DNA of 64,000 bases from positions 32,001 through 96,000 of IMG/VR virus record IMGVR_UViG_2693430034_000001, one strand, 5' to 3'. Both the position numbers and the translations under genes were made by a program. Shown here one piece after another: positions 9,937 to 18,142 of this stretch. Origin of the DNA: a virus. Its lineage: Duplodnaviria; Caudoviricetes. Below the pieces are notes generated by a model. That model saw nothing but the letters and a program-made list of their open reading frames with translations. It was not told where the DNA came from and made no database searches. The number at the start of each line of letters is the position of its first letter. Position 1 is the stretch's first letter.

Positions 9937-10102
9937 CGAATAGGAATTGGTCAGCGGCGGCGCGGGCGTGCGACGCGCTCTTGGTTATCTCTGTTCGTCT
10001 TGTGCGGGATGCGAACTGAGACCGCTGACACCGCGCTCAACCAAGAGGGAGCGCGATCTGGTAGGGTTCTCGGCCGCAGCCCTCGAAGGCGCAGGCACAA
10101 AG

Positions 10103-10132
10103 AAAAACCCGCCCAGGACGTCCTGAGCGGGC
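10103..10132 (-). terminator. Intrinsic terminator
   Basis: GCCCGCTCAGG...CCTGGGCGGGT followed by TTTTCTTT on the minus strand. Confidence 0.7.
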
Positions 10133-10159
10133 TTGAATTGTGGTTTGGCGAGGATCAGG

Positions 10160-10492
10160 TCACGCGGCGCGAAGCTGCTCGGTCGTGACGACGACTTCGA
10201 AGTCCATTTCGAACTTCTCGGGCTTCTCGAACCCGATGGAATTGTCTTGGTAGAGGACGACGACGTCGCCTGCAGCGCACTGCTGGACGCCCCAGTCGGT
10301 TCGCATCGTGAGCCCGCCGAGGCGGTTGATCTCCAGATCGCCCGTTTGCAGGCGGCTCACCAGCCAATGCGGCGGCGTCTCGTCAGCAGCGCGTCCCCAA
10401 AGTGGCAATTTGAACGCCTGGACGAGGAGTTTGCGGGAGAAGAGCTGCACGGTCACTCCATTTGCATTTAAGCAAATGATTAAGCACAGCAC
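10160..10492 (-). CDS. Hypothetical protein (true start probably GTG near 10456)
   Basis: ORF has its own TTGACA promoter and a downstream terminator. Confidence 0.55.
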   Translation of the reverse strand: MLCLIICLNANGVTVQLFSRKLLVQAFKLPLWGRAADETPPHWLVSRLQTGDLEINRLGGLTMRTDWGVQQCAAGDVVVLYQDNSIGFEKPEKFEMDFEVVVTTEQLRAA

Positions 10493-10534
10493 CCGCCTTT
10501 TGTCAAGGCGAACGTTTTGCCTGTATGCAAATAC

Positions 10535-10768
10535 CTAGCGCCCCAGGATGAACCAGACCAAGCCGATCAGAAGCAGGAACGCAATGCCCGGCGCGAAGAA
10601 GTCGAACGACTGCATCCGGCGCATCGCGCGGAGGTCTGAAGCCATTTGCTTGACCAGTGGATCCTGGATCGACTTGGAGGGCATGGGCGGCTGTTCACTT
10701 AATGGCTCGCAGCCGGTCCTTGCCTGATGCTCCAGATCGAGAATCCTTTGCCAGCGGGGCTTTGACAT
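10535..10768 (-). CDS. Small membrane protein
   Basis: C-terminal hydrophobic helix. Confidence 0.5.
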   Translation of the reverse strand: MSKPRWQRILDLEHQARTGCEPLSEQPPMPSKSIQDPLVKQMASDLRAMRRMQSFDFFAPGIAFLLLIGLVWFILGR

Positions 10769-11009
10769 CTACCGGACTCCTCGTCTTCGCGTCGAATTTG
10801 GGCTCGAAGCAGATCGGGCAGCAGAAGTATTCAGGCCCCACCAGTTTGCCGAACACCACGACCGACTTGGGAATCATCCGCACGAGTTCCCGCACCACTG
10901 TGCCCTGCCTCATCGAGCAGGGATCACAGCGGTATTCGGAAATTTCTAGCTTCAGGGTCAAGTCAGCCATGGGGTGGCGTCGATAGCATTTCCGTTTGCC
11001 GGATGTCAA

Positions 11010-12614
11010 TCAGATTTGCTTTTTCGGACGCAACTGACCGGGAGGAAAGTTCGGAAGAGGCTGTTTGCTTCCGCTCGCCGGAGTAGTGTTTGCAGGGGCT
11101 GCGGCTGCCGCTGCACCTGGCTCCTTGGCAGGATCGGCCTGGGTCCACCGGCCCGGCAGCATGCCGTCCGCGGCGAGCATGTTGGCATCATCGACCGCCT
11201 TCCAGAAGGCCAGCTCGTCTTGCAGGTTGAAGTCGTCACCAAGCAGATTGCGGTTTCGCACTTCGGTGAGCAGAACCTCGCGGGACAGACCGCGCTCTTC
11301 CCACATCTTCACCAGCTGGGCGACTTCGAGCAGCCGGTCCTTGGTGTTCGAGAACTCCGTATTCAGCAGGGCGGTGACCATACTCAGGTCTTTTCCGGTC
11401 CATTGCCCCATGAAGCGGAGCGCCTTCTCGATCGTGTCCTGGCAGTTGATCGCCATGTCGTGGACGACCGAATGCACCCGGGTCTCCTGGATGTCGCGCT
11501 CGTTCTGCGGAACGTACTGACGGTGCGTGCCCGTCACCGGGTTGAGCGCCATCATGTCCATCTGCATTTCGAGCTTGTCGAGATCCTTGGCGCCGGACTC
11601 GATCGCCGTGCCCTTGGGCTCGACGAAGTACCAGCGGCCATTGGCCTCGGGCGCGTAGAGCACCTTGTAGGGACCGATCGCGAACTGCTTCTCGTCTTCC
11701 GGGTCGATCTGGACGCCGGAGCATGCGAGCATGGGAAAGCGCGCGGCCGACAGGATCGATCGCTGATCCGAGCTGGAGATCCAGTGCTCGATCTGCTTAT
11801 AGGCCAGATCGATAAACACCGGCCTGACCTGATAGTCCGCCTCCTTTTCGCCGGCATAGAGCGTGGCGAAAGGAACCTCTGCCATGTTGTTCAGTGGCGT
11901 CTCGCCGATGAAGTCCCAGTTCGAGCCACCCGACGTCGCTTTCTGCTCCCAGAGCTGAACAATGCCGGATGTCTTCGACGGGTCGATCTCGATCACCCGC
12001 ATCTGGTTGTACAGCACTTCCTTGAAGCCGTCGCGCGCCGCCCGCTGACCGCGGATGCGGACGTGAACGGTCTTGGTGTCGCCGCCGACATACTGGTCAT
12101 AGGCTGCTGCCACGTCGTCGACCTTGAACAGCTTCATGAACGGCCGGGCGCCGGACGCCTTCTGGGCGGCCAGGTTCGGCAGATTGTAAGTGTCAGGGTG
12201 ATCGACCAGGATGTGGCACATGCCGTCGAGCATGGCATTGTTGAAGAATTGGTGGGCGAAGACGTGCAGGTGCGTGCCTTGTAGGTCGATGTCCTGGGTC
12301 CAGAGATCAACATCCGGATCGGTGTTGTTGAGTACCCTGAGCAGCGTGCGGAACGGCTTGGCAGAAGCGGCATCCACCGCCTCCCTCAGCTTGTTCAGTG
12401 CGAAGGTCGAGGCGAGCCGCGTGTTGTAGCGAGCGTCCGACTCCTTTTCGTACTGCGGCAGGAAGGTCTTGTCCTTGGCGCGCATCGTCTCGGTGCCGCC
12501 GTAGACGGCGCGAAGCATTGCCGTGCGGTTCTGCATCGTGGTGGCAGCTGCCGAAAGCAGGCCGGGATTGCCGGCCTGGGGAGACGGCACGTAATTGGCA
12601 GTTGTGTCAGCCAT
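11010..12614 (-). CDS. Portal protein (DUF4055-like)
   Basis: GGTETMRA...FLPQYEKESDARYNTRL signature; directly after TerL. Confidence 0.85.
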   Translation of the reverse strand: MADTTANYVPSPQAGNPGLLSAAATTMQNRTAMLRAVYGGTETMRAKDKTFLPQYEKESDARYNTRLASTFALNKLREAVDAASAKPFRTLLRVLNNTDPDVDLWTQDIDLQGTHLHVFAHQFFNNAMLDGMCHILVDHPDTYNLPNLAAQKASGARPFMKLFKVDDVAAAYDQYVGGDTKTVHVRIRGQRAARDGFKEVLYNQMRVIEIDPSKTSGIVQLWEQKATSGGSNWDFIGETPLNNMAEVPFATLYAGEKEADYQVRPVFIDLAYKQIEHWISSSDQRSILSAARFPMLACSGVQIDPEDEKQFAIGPYKVLYAPEANGRWYFVEPKGTAIESGAKDLDKLEMQMDMMALNPVTGTHRQYVPQNERDIQETRVHSVVHDMAINCQDTIEKALRFMGQWTGKDLSMVTALLNTEFSNTKDRLLEVAQLVKMWEERGLSREVLLTEVRNRNLLGDDFNLQDELAFWKAVDDANMLAADGMLPGRWTQADPAKEPGAAAAAAPANTTPASGSKQPLPNFPPGQLRPKKQI

Positions 12615-12632
12615 TGTTTTGGGTGGTCCTCG

Positions 12633-14096
12633 TTACCAGTCGAGAACTGCGGCCCGTCTCGGTCCGAGCAGAGAGTTGAAGGCATCGGAAGCGGCGTCGA
12701 CCTGGTCGTCGTTGACGCCAAGCGGGAACATTTCCAATTCGTCGGTGAAGCACTGATTCCAGTGTCCCTTCACCATCTTCACATTCTTTGCCTCGCACTG
12801 CGCAGCGAATGCGGCAGCACGGGTTTCTTTCGGTCCGGTGGGGCGAACAGCCTTGACGATGTAGCCGGCGAGCCGGCGGATGAAGCTTTGGGCCTGGCTC
12901 TTTCCAGCCTGGCCGGGGTCTTGCGGAAGAATGATCTGGACAGACCGGCCGTCGCTCTTGGCGGTCTCAAAGATTTTCTTCTCGACGCCGAGCGGTGTGT
13001 CGCGAAAGCGGATCACGTTCTCGATGTAGAAGATGCCGTTGGCGTCCTTGGACATCAGGATGCCGACCGTGTAGTCGCCGTCCGCAGATGCAGCCAAGTC
13101 CCAGGCACGAACTCGCACGCGCTTGGCCGGAAGCTCGGTGGGAGCGTCGAACCAGTCGGCGCGGAACATGCCTCCGTCGTCAGCCATCGGCTGCTGCTGG
13201 TAGAGCGCAGAGAACGAACGCTCGCCAAGAACGTCCTGGCGGTCCCTCAGCGCATTGATCGAGAAGCGCCGCGGAGCCAATGGCTCGTTAGGCTTGCGTC
13301 CGAGCGGGTCGCCAGGAACGGTACCGTCCTCATTGAGGATCAGCTCTTTGGTGCCGTCCTCGCGCTCGATCGACTTGGTGTAGGGAAGCGCCGGCAAATA
13401 CAGGATCTCCCAGGGGAGACCTTTGCCGTCGTTCATCAGCTCGATCAGCCGGCCGGCGATGTCGTCGTAGTGCCACCGCGTCAGGGTGAGAACGATTGCT
13501 GCGTCCTCTTCGAGACGGGTGTAGACGACGTCGCGGTACCAATTCCACTGGTCTTCCCGGAACGATGCCGAGTTGACTTCCTTGCGGTCTTTGATCGGAT
13601 CGTCGATCAGGAAGAGATGGGCACCCTTACCGGTGGTACCGGTGCCGACGCCGACCGCGAAGTATTTGCCGCCCTGCTCCAGCTCCCATTCATCGGCCGC
13701 TCGGTTATCCGAACGGATCTTGATGTCGGGGAACAGGATGGGAAATTCTTTGCCGCGAACGATGTTGCGGACGTCACGGCCGAAGGTCGTGGCGAAGTCG
13801 CCATTGTAGGATGCCGAGATGACGTTCTTCTCGGGATTGCGGGCCATGTAGTAGGCCGGGAAGCGTCGGGTCGACAGCTCGCTCTTGCCGTGCCGCGGAG
13901 GCGCAAAGAGCATGAGACGCTTGATCTCGCCGCGCTCAACTGCCTCCAGCTTTTCCGCCACCAGGTGGTGGAAAGGGTCAGCGTTGTATTTTGGCAGCGT
14001 GTATTCGGTGAAGCCGATCAGCCGCTCGCGGCCCCTCCTGCGACGCAGGATTTCGGCCGCTGCCTCCTCGGGGGAGACATCGGTGAGTGATTGCAC
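12633..14096 (-). CDS. terL: Terminase large subunit
   Basis: Walker A PPRHGKS, Walker B LIDDP, coupling motif TRWH, nuclease RAWDLAA and DDQVDA; GTG start at 14096. Confidence 0.95.
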   Translation of the reverse strand: MQSLTDVSPEEAAAEILRRRRGRERLIGFTEYTLPKYNADPFHHLVAEKLEAVERGEIKRLMLFAPPRHGKSELSTRRFPAYYMARNPEKNVISASYNGDFATTFGRDVRNIVRGKEFPILFPDIKIRSDNRAADEWELEQGGKYFAVGVGTGTTGKGAHLFLIDDPIKDRKEVNSASFREDQWNWYRDVVYTRLEEDAAIVLTLTRWHYDDIAGRLIELMNDGKGLPWEILYLPALPYTKSIEREDGTKELILNEDGTVPGDPLGRKPNEPLAPRRFSINALRDRQDVLGERSFSALYQQQPMADDGGMFRADWFDAPTELPAKRVRVRAWDLAASADGDYTVGILMSKDANGIFYIENVIRFRDTPLGVEKKIFETAKSDGRSVQIILPQDPGQAGKSQAQSFIRRLAGYIVKAVRPTGPKETRAAAFAAQCEAKNVKMVKGHWNQCFTDELEMFPLGVNDDQVDAASDAFNSLLGPRRAAVLDW

Positions 14097-14114
14097 TGGA
14101 TTTCCGTGGTTTAG

Positions 14115-14430
14115 ACTCCGGTCGAGGCGCAAAGCGCTAATGCCCCCGAAGCGGCAACTCGACCAGAGTGAGGAATGTTTGAGGGCTGTCCCGCAGGAGC
14201 AGCCCACGAGCTTGCGCTCGTCGTGCGCCGAAGCGCAAAAAAGACGGCCCCACGCCCGCTGGCCAAGCGGATCGTCCTGTCAATTCAGGACTTGGTGTTG
14301 CGGTCGATCGTCACCGGGTAACAGGAATATCCGGCTGCCACGATCGATCCCGTCAGGGGACTTGTTCTCGGTGAATGGTGAACGGCCGGCACACATACGT
14401 CGTGCCTTTGGTTATCTCGCAGAGCCGTCC
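14115..14430 (-). ncRNA. Candidate structured RNA/leader between the ParA-like gene and terL
   Basis: About 8 consecutive hairpins with UUCG and GCAA tetraloops on the minus strand and a 3-way junction closed by 14115-14126/14158-14169. Confidence 0.45.
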
Positions 14431-14435
14431 AATTC

Positions 14436-15362
14436 TTACTTGATGTTCAGCTTCGCAGCTTCGAACGCCTTCTTGGTGTCGTTCAGCCACTTGTTGACCT
14501 TGCCCTTCATGACGAAGGACTCGCCGTTCTTGGCGTAGTCGGCGAAGGTGGCGTTTGCGGCCTCGACGTATTCGGTGGCGCGCTCGTCCAGCTTGGCGAT
14601 GTCGATACGGAAGTCGGCGCCGGACAGCACGTCGGTCGACACGCCAGCGATGCCCTTGAAGAAGGCGGCGTCGTTGGTGTGGTTGGTCACGACGAAGTGC
14701 CGGACACCTTGCAACAGCTTGGCGGTTCCTTCGATCTCGTTGAACGACTGGATCGTGCTGCCGATGACGTGCAGAACCGATACGTTCAGCTTGCCTTCCG
14801 TGACCAGGTCAAAGAACGCGATGTCCGTGAGCAGCTCCAGCGTCGGCGTCAGCAGGCCGGCCTGGATGTCGATGACGGTGACGTCGTTCTTGCCGACCGT
14901 ATCGAACACCTTGATCTGGTCGTCCGAGGTCGACAGGTTCACGACTTCGGTTTCGGCTGGGAAGAAGCGCTTCAGGTTGCCATCGGGCTGCTGAGTGTCG
15001 AATGCACGAACGGTCGCGCCCTGAGCCTTGAAGTAGTCCATGACGGCGCGGGAGACGAAGGTTTTGCCAACGCCGCCCTTGTCGGCGCCGACGATTACAA
15101 CGTGGGGAAGCCCCATTCGAATTCTATCCTCTTTTTTGGTTTGAACGACCTTTGGATGGTCGCGGTCTATGATGACCTTCGGCTGCTCGATCGGCGCAGG
15201 CGCTTCGGTGGTCCTGGGCTCTTCGACCGGCTTTTGGTCAGTGGTTTCCCGCCGGCTGGCGGAATAGTTGGCGCGGTGCCAGAGACTCTTCTCCAGAGCC
15301 TCCTGCCGTTGCCGGCGCGCTACTTCGGAAAGTCCCTGGGATCTGCGACGGTCGTAGTTCAT
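14436..15362 (-). CDS. ParA/MinD-family P-loop ATPase
   Basis: Deviant Walker A GADKGGVGKT, AFDT, VIDIQAG. Confidence 0.8.
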   Translation of the reverse strand: MNYDRRRSQGLSEVARRQRQEALEKSLWHRANYSASRRETTDQKPVEEPRTTEAPAPIEQPKVIIDRDHPKVVQTKKEDRIRMGLPHVVIVGADKGGVGKTFVSRAVMDYFKAQGATVRAFDTQQPDGNLKRFFPAETEVVNLSTSDDQIKVFDTVGKNDVTVIDIQAGLLTPTLELLTDIAFFDLVTEGKLNVSVLHVIGSTIQSFNEIEGTAKLLQGVRHFVVTNHTNDAAFFKGIAGVSTDVLSGADFRIDIAKLDERATEYVEAANATFADYAKNGESFVMKGKVNKWLNDTKKAFEAAKLNIK

Positions 15363-15401
15363 CAGGGATCCCTTACTTCGGTGATCAGAACATGAGCCGC
15401 G

Positions 15402-15941
15402 TCAGTTCAGCTTTTCCTTTGGAGTGGGCTTGGGCGCTGGCACGCCGCGGGATGCAATCTCGAGGAGCTGATCCTCGGTCATCTGGGACGCTTCGGACTT
15501 GACGTTCTGGTTGATGGTGCTCTCGTCCTTCTGGGCGAGGTAGTTCTTGCCAAGGAAGATGGCGGCCGGCGCGTTCTTGTCGGCAAGCGACAGCTGCTTG
15601 CGGCGCAGCGACACTTTCGCGTGCTGCAGGCCGTCGTCCCAGACTTCGCGAGCCTCTGGATATTCGTTCAGGAAGTTTCCAAACGTCTTCTTGCAGACGC
15701 CGAGGACGCCAGCGACCTCTTCCTGGGTGCAGAACAGCTTTGCCAGCTCCCCGATGGTGCGCAGCGTATCCTCCTCTGGCTGGAGCTTGGTGTTGCGGCG
15801 TTTGATCGGTTGAGCCAGCACCTCGTCGAGGAATGCGGTCTCCTCGTTATCCTTCTTAGCCTTGTCCTTGACGGCTGCCTCGCGGGCAGCCTTCTCCTCG
15901 TTCGTCGGTCGACCCCGGCGACGCGGCGGCAGATCAGTCAT
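15402..15941 (-). CDS. terS: Terminase small subunit
   Basis: HTH CTQEEVAGVLGVC...KVSLRRKQ...AAIFLGKNYLAQKD pattern; upstream of terL. Confidence 0.8.
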   Translation of the reverse strand: MTDLPPRRRGRPTNEEKAAREAAVKDKAKKDNEETAFLDEVLAQPIKRRNTKLQPEEDTLRTIGELAKLFCTQEEVAGVLGVCKKTFGNFLNEYPEAREVWDDGLQHAKVSLRRKQLSLADKNAPAAIFLGKNYLAQKDESTINQNVKSEASQMTEDQLLEIASRGVPAPKPTPKEKLN

Positions 15942-15973
15942 GTTGTTGTTCTTTCTTGCGACTGAGTTTGTAA

Positions 15974-16213
15974 TCAGTGGAATGAAGGGTAGATATGCTC
16001 GTTATCGAGGTCGCGGATGTCGACGGTGACCAGCCGGCCTTCAGGAGGCACCCGCACGACGACGTACACCGGATCATCTTCATGATGATCCAGTATCTCT
16101 TCACCCTTCTCGTCGAGGATGTTGGTGATCGGGCAAACGAACCCACCATCGAACGTCACGGTTTCGGTCTTGAGATCGATCACGAAACTGACGTCGTCAT
16201 CGTCACCGATCAT
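15974..16213 (-). CDS. Hypothetical protein
   Basis: Translationally coupled ORF. Confidence 0.5.
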   Translation of the reverse strand: MIGDDDDVSFVIDLKTETVTFDGGFVCPITNILDEKGEEILDHHEDDPVYVVVRVPPEGRLVTVDIRDLDNEHIYPSFH

Positions 16214-16538
16214 TTCGAAGGCTTGGGACGGACTGAACCATCCACTGGACGATTTCCGCTTTGGAAGCGGAGCCGTGCCGTTTGGCGATCATGATACCCT
16301 TGTCGATCGCGATGATCGCCGGGATTTGCGTAACTTGGTAGCGCTGGGCGATCAGGTTGCAGTGCTCCACGTTCGCGGTGAAGAACTGAACGCGGTTGCC
16401 GTATTCTTTCTCGATATCGAGGAGGATCGGAGTCATTGCCTTGCATGGCTGGCACCACTTGGCTTCGAACTTCATGACGATGGGCAGCTTGGCACTTTCC
16501 AGTTCGGAAACCAGGCTGGTGTCGGTGATGGCTTTCAT
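16203..16538 (-). CDS. Thioredoxin
   Basis: FEAKWCQPCKAM active site, TQIPA cis-Pro motif. Confidence 0.9.
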   Translation of the reverse strand: MKAITDTSLVSELESAKLPIVMKFEAKWCQPCKAMTPILLDIEKEYGNRVQFFTANVEHCNLIAQRYQVTQIPAIIAIDKGIMIAKRHGSASKAEIVQWMVQSVPSLRNDR

Positions 16539-16951
16539 CGGGAGAAAATCTTCTTGATCGCCCCGACCCCGGCCACGCCGCAGATCGTCATGACGATGTT
16601 GTATTGCATGTCGGCGTAGAGGCCTGGCAGCTTGGAGACTTGCCAGCTACCTACCTCGTGACCGAGAAGCGGAATGCTATCGAAAACGACAGCTGCGATG
16701 TGAATGATGAAGATGGCGAACGCGGTGGGCACCATCCAGGCCGTGAACCAGTGCTCACGGTCGTCCTTGCGCATGTCGGCCGCCATTCGGGCGACCTCGA
16801 CCTTGTAACGCAACTCGGCGACATTCAACTGGACATCACCGCCAACCGCGGTCTTGAACTTTTCGAGATCGGCGTCGGACTTCTTGTTCAGGTAGTCGAG
16901 AAACGACGCCCCGAGCTTAGGCAGAAGCCCAAGCAGGATTGAAAACAGCAT
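16535..16951 (-). CDS. Holin-like membrane protein
   Basis: N-terminal amphipathic segment, two TM helices and a basic C-terminus. Confidence 0.55.
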   Translation of the reverse strand: MLFSILLGLLPKLGASFLDYLNKKSDADLEKFKTAVGGDVQLNVAELRYKVEVARMAADMRKDDREHWFTAWMVPTAFAIFIIHIAAVVFDSIPLLGHEVGSWQVSKLPGLYADMQYNIVMTICGVAGVGAIKKIFSR

Positions 16952-16976
16952 AACTTGTCCTTGAAGGTTTGACGTC

Positions 16977-17489
16977 CTAGAGCGACGAAGCCACTCGGAA
17001 CAGCTCATCTATCTGCGCTTCCGTCAGGGAAAGACCGAGACCGATAGCTAAGATGAGAGGATCGGTTCTGGTAAAAACCGAAGCGTAATCCCAGGTGATC
17101 TTTGTTGCGCCGCCAGCAGCCTCGACAGCAGCTTCGACCTGCCCAAGAAGTCCAGCGCCCAGGAGCGCGAGGCGAGCCTGACGTGGCGTGACATTCTGAG
17201 GCACTATCGATGGCGTGTCCTCGTATGCGACGGTGACAACAACCTTCGTGCCGTCGAACGCTGAAGTTCGAGATACCTCGGCGTGCCACGGTGATGGAGG
17301 ATCGTCAGACATCCAGCGCTCAACGAAGCGATAGTCACCGTAGGTGTCGCCAACGGTCGCGCAAAGAACCTGATCAAGGTTAGGAAGTACGAGGACTTCT
17401 GGAGGGCTACGAAGCTGCCCCTTAGTTTCACCGAAGGCGATAAGCTCGTTACCGCCTGCGTCCATGACAGAGTATCCAATCTGTTCCAT
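16977..17489 (-). CDS. Fibre-associated/assembly protein
   Basis: VTPRQARLALL...WDYASVFTRTDP...LTEAQIDELF C-terminal domain, common downstream of fibre genes. Confidence 0.6.
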   Translation of the reverse strand: MEQIGYSVMDAGGNELIAFGETKGQLRSPPEVLVLPNLDQVLCATVGDTYGDYRFVERWMSDDPPSPWHAEVSRTSAFDGTKVVVTVAYEDTPSIVPQNVTPRQARLALLGAGLLGQVEAAVEAAGGATKITWDYASVFTRTDPLILAIGLGLSLTEAQIDELFRVASSL

Positions 17490-18142
17490 TACATTCCTAG
17501 CATTGGCATGTTGAAGGCCGGTACGGATATGTACGGCGTGTAGTTGAGGACGATGACGCCTTGGTAGGCGGGGCCTGGTGCGCCGCCGGCCTTGGCAACA
17601 CGGTCAGCGAAACCAGCGCCGCCGCCGCCACCGCCGCCACCTCCCCACGCTCCACCTGGAGAACCGGCACTTGGGTAGTTTGGAGATTGACCTGTCCCGG
17701 CTCCGCCGGCACCGCCATAAGGAGCTGCTCCAGAACCACCCGTACCGCCTGCGCCTCCATAGGGAGAGGAGATTCCTCCTCCTGCAACGCCATTGTTTCC
17801 GCTAACAGTTACGTCACCGACGCAAGATGCTGCGTTGCCTCCTAATTGGCCGTTGCCTCCAACAGCGAGACACGTACTGCCGTTGATAAACCAAGAGGTT
17901 CCTCCGCTGTTGAGGCCGATAGCGAATGAGACCGTCGATCCGGGAGTGACGGGTACGTTGTTTCTTCGAGCGTAAGCACCGCCACCACCACCGTACCCAC
18001 CATTTCCTGGAGAAGTAAGGCCGTCAGTACCAACACCAGCTGCGCCTTGCGCACCCGCTCCCATGCATTCGACGCTGTCGAATTTGACGCAATCCGCAGG
18101 GATAATAAGCTGCGACCCAGACGAAAGAACAATCTGCGTCAC
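17489..18142 (-). CDS. Glycine-rich fibre-associated protein
   Basis: VECMGAGA...GGGGGAY glycine-rich domain. Confidence 0.65.
   Translation of the reverse strand: MTQIVLSSGSQLIIPADCVKFDSVECMGAGAQGAAGVGTDGLTSPGNGGYGGGGGAYARRNNVPVTPGSTVSFAIGLNSGGTSWFINGSTCLAVGGNGQLGGNAASCVGDVTVSGNNGVAGGGISSPYGGAGGTGGSGAAPYGGAGGAGTGQSPNYPSAGSPGGAWGGGGGGGGGAGFADRVAKAGGAPGPAYQGVIVLNYTPYISVPAFNMPMLGM

Noticed and set aside
454-14090. Long plus-strand ORFs (454-1329, 7478-8815, 8959-10188, 10974-12284, 12762-14090)
   Set aside because: Antisense shadows of recognisable minus-strand structural genes, expected with high GC3 codon usage
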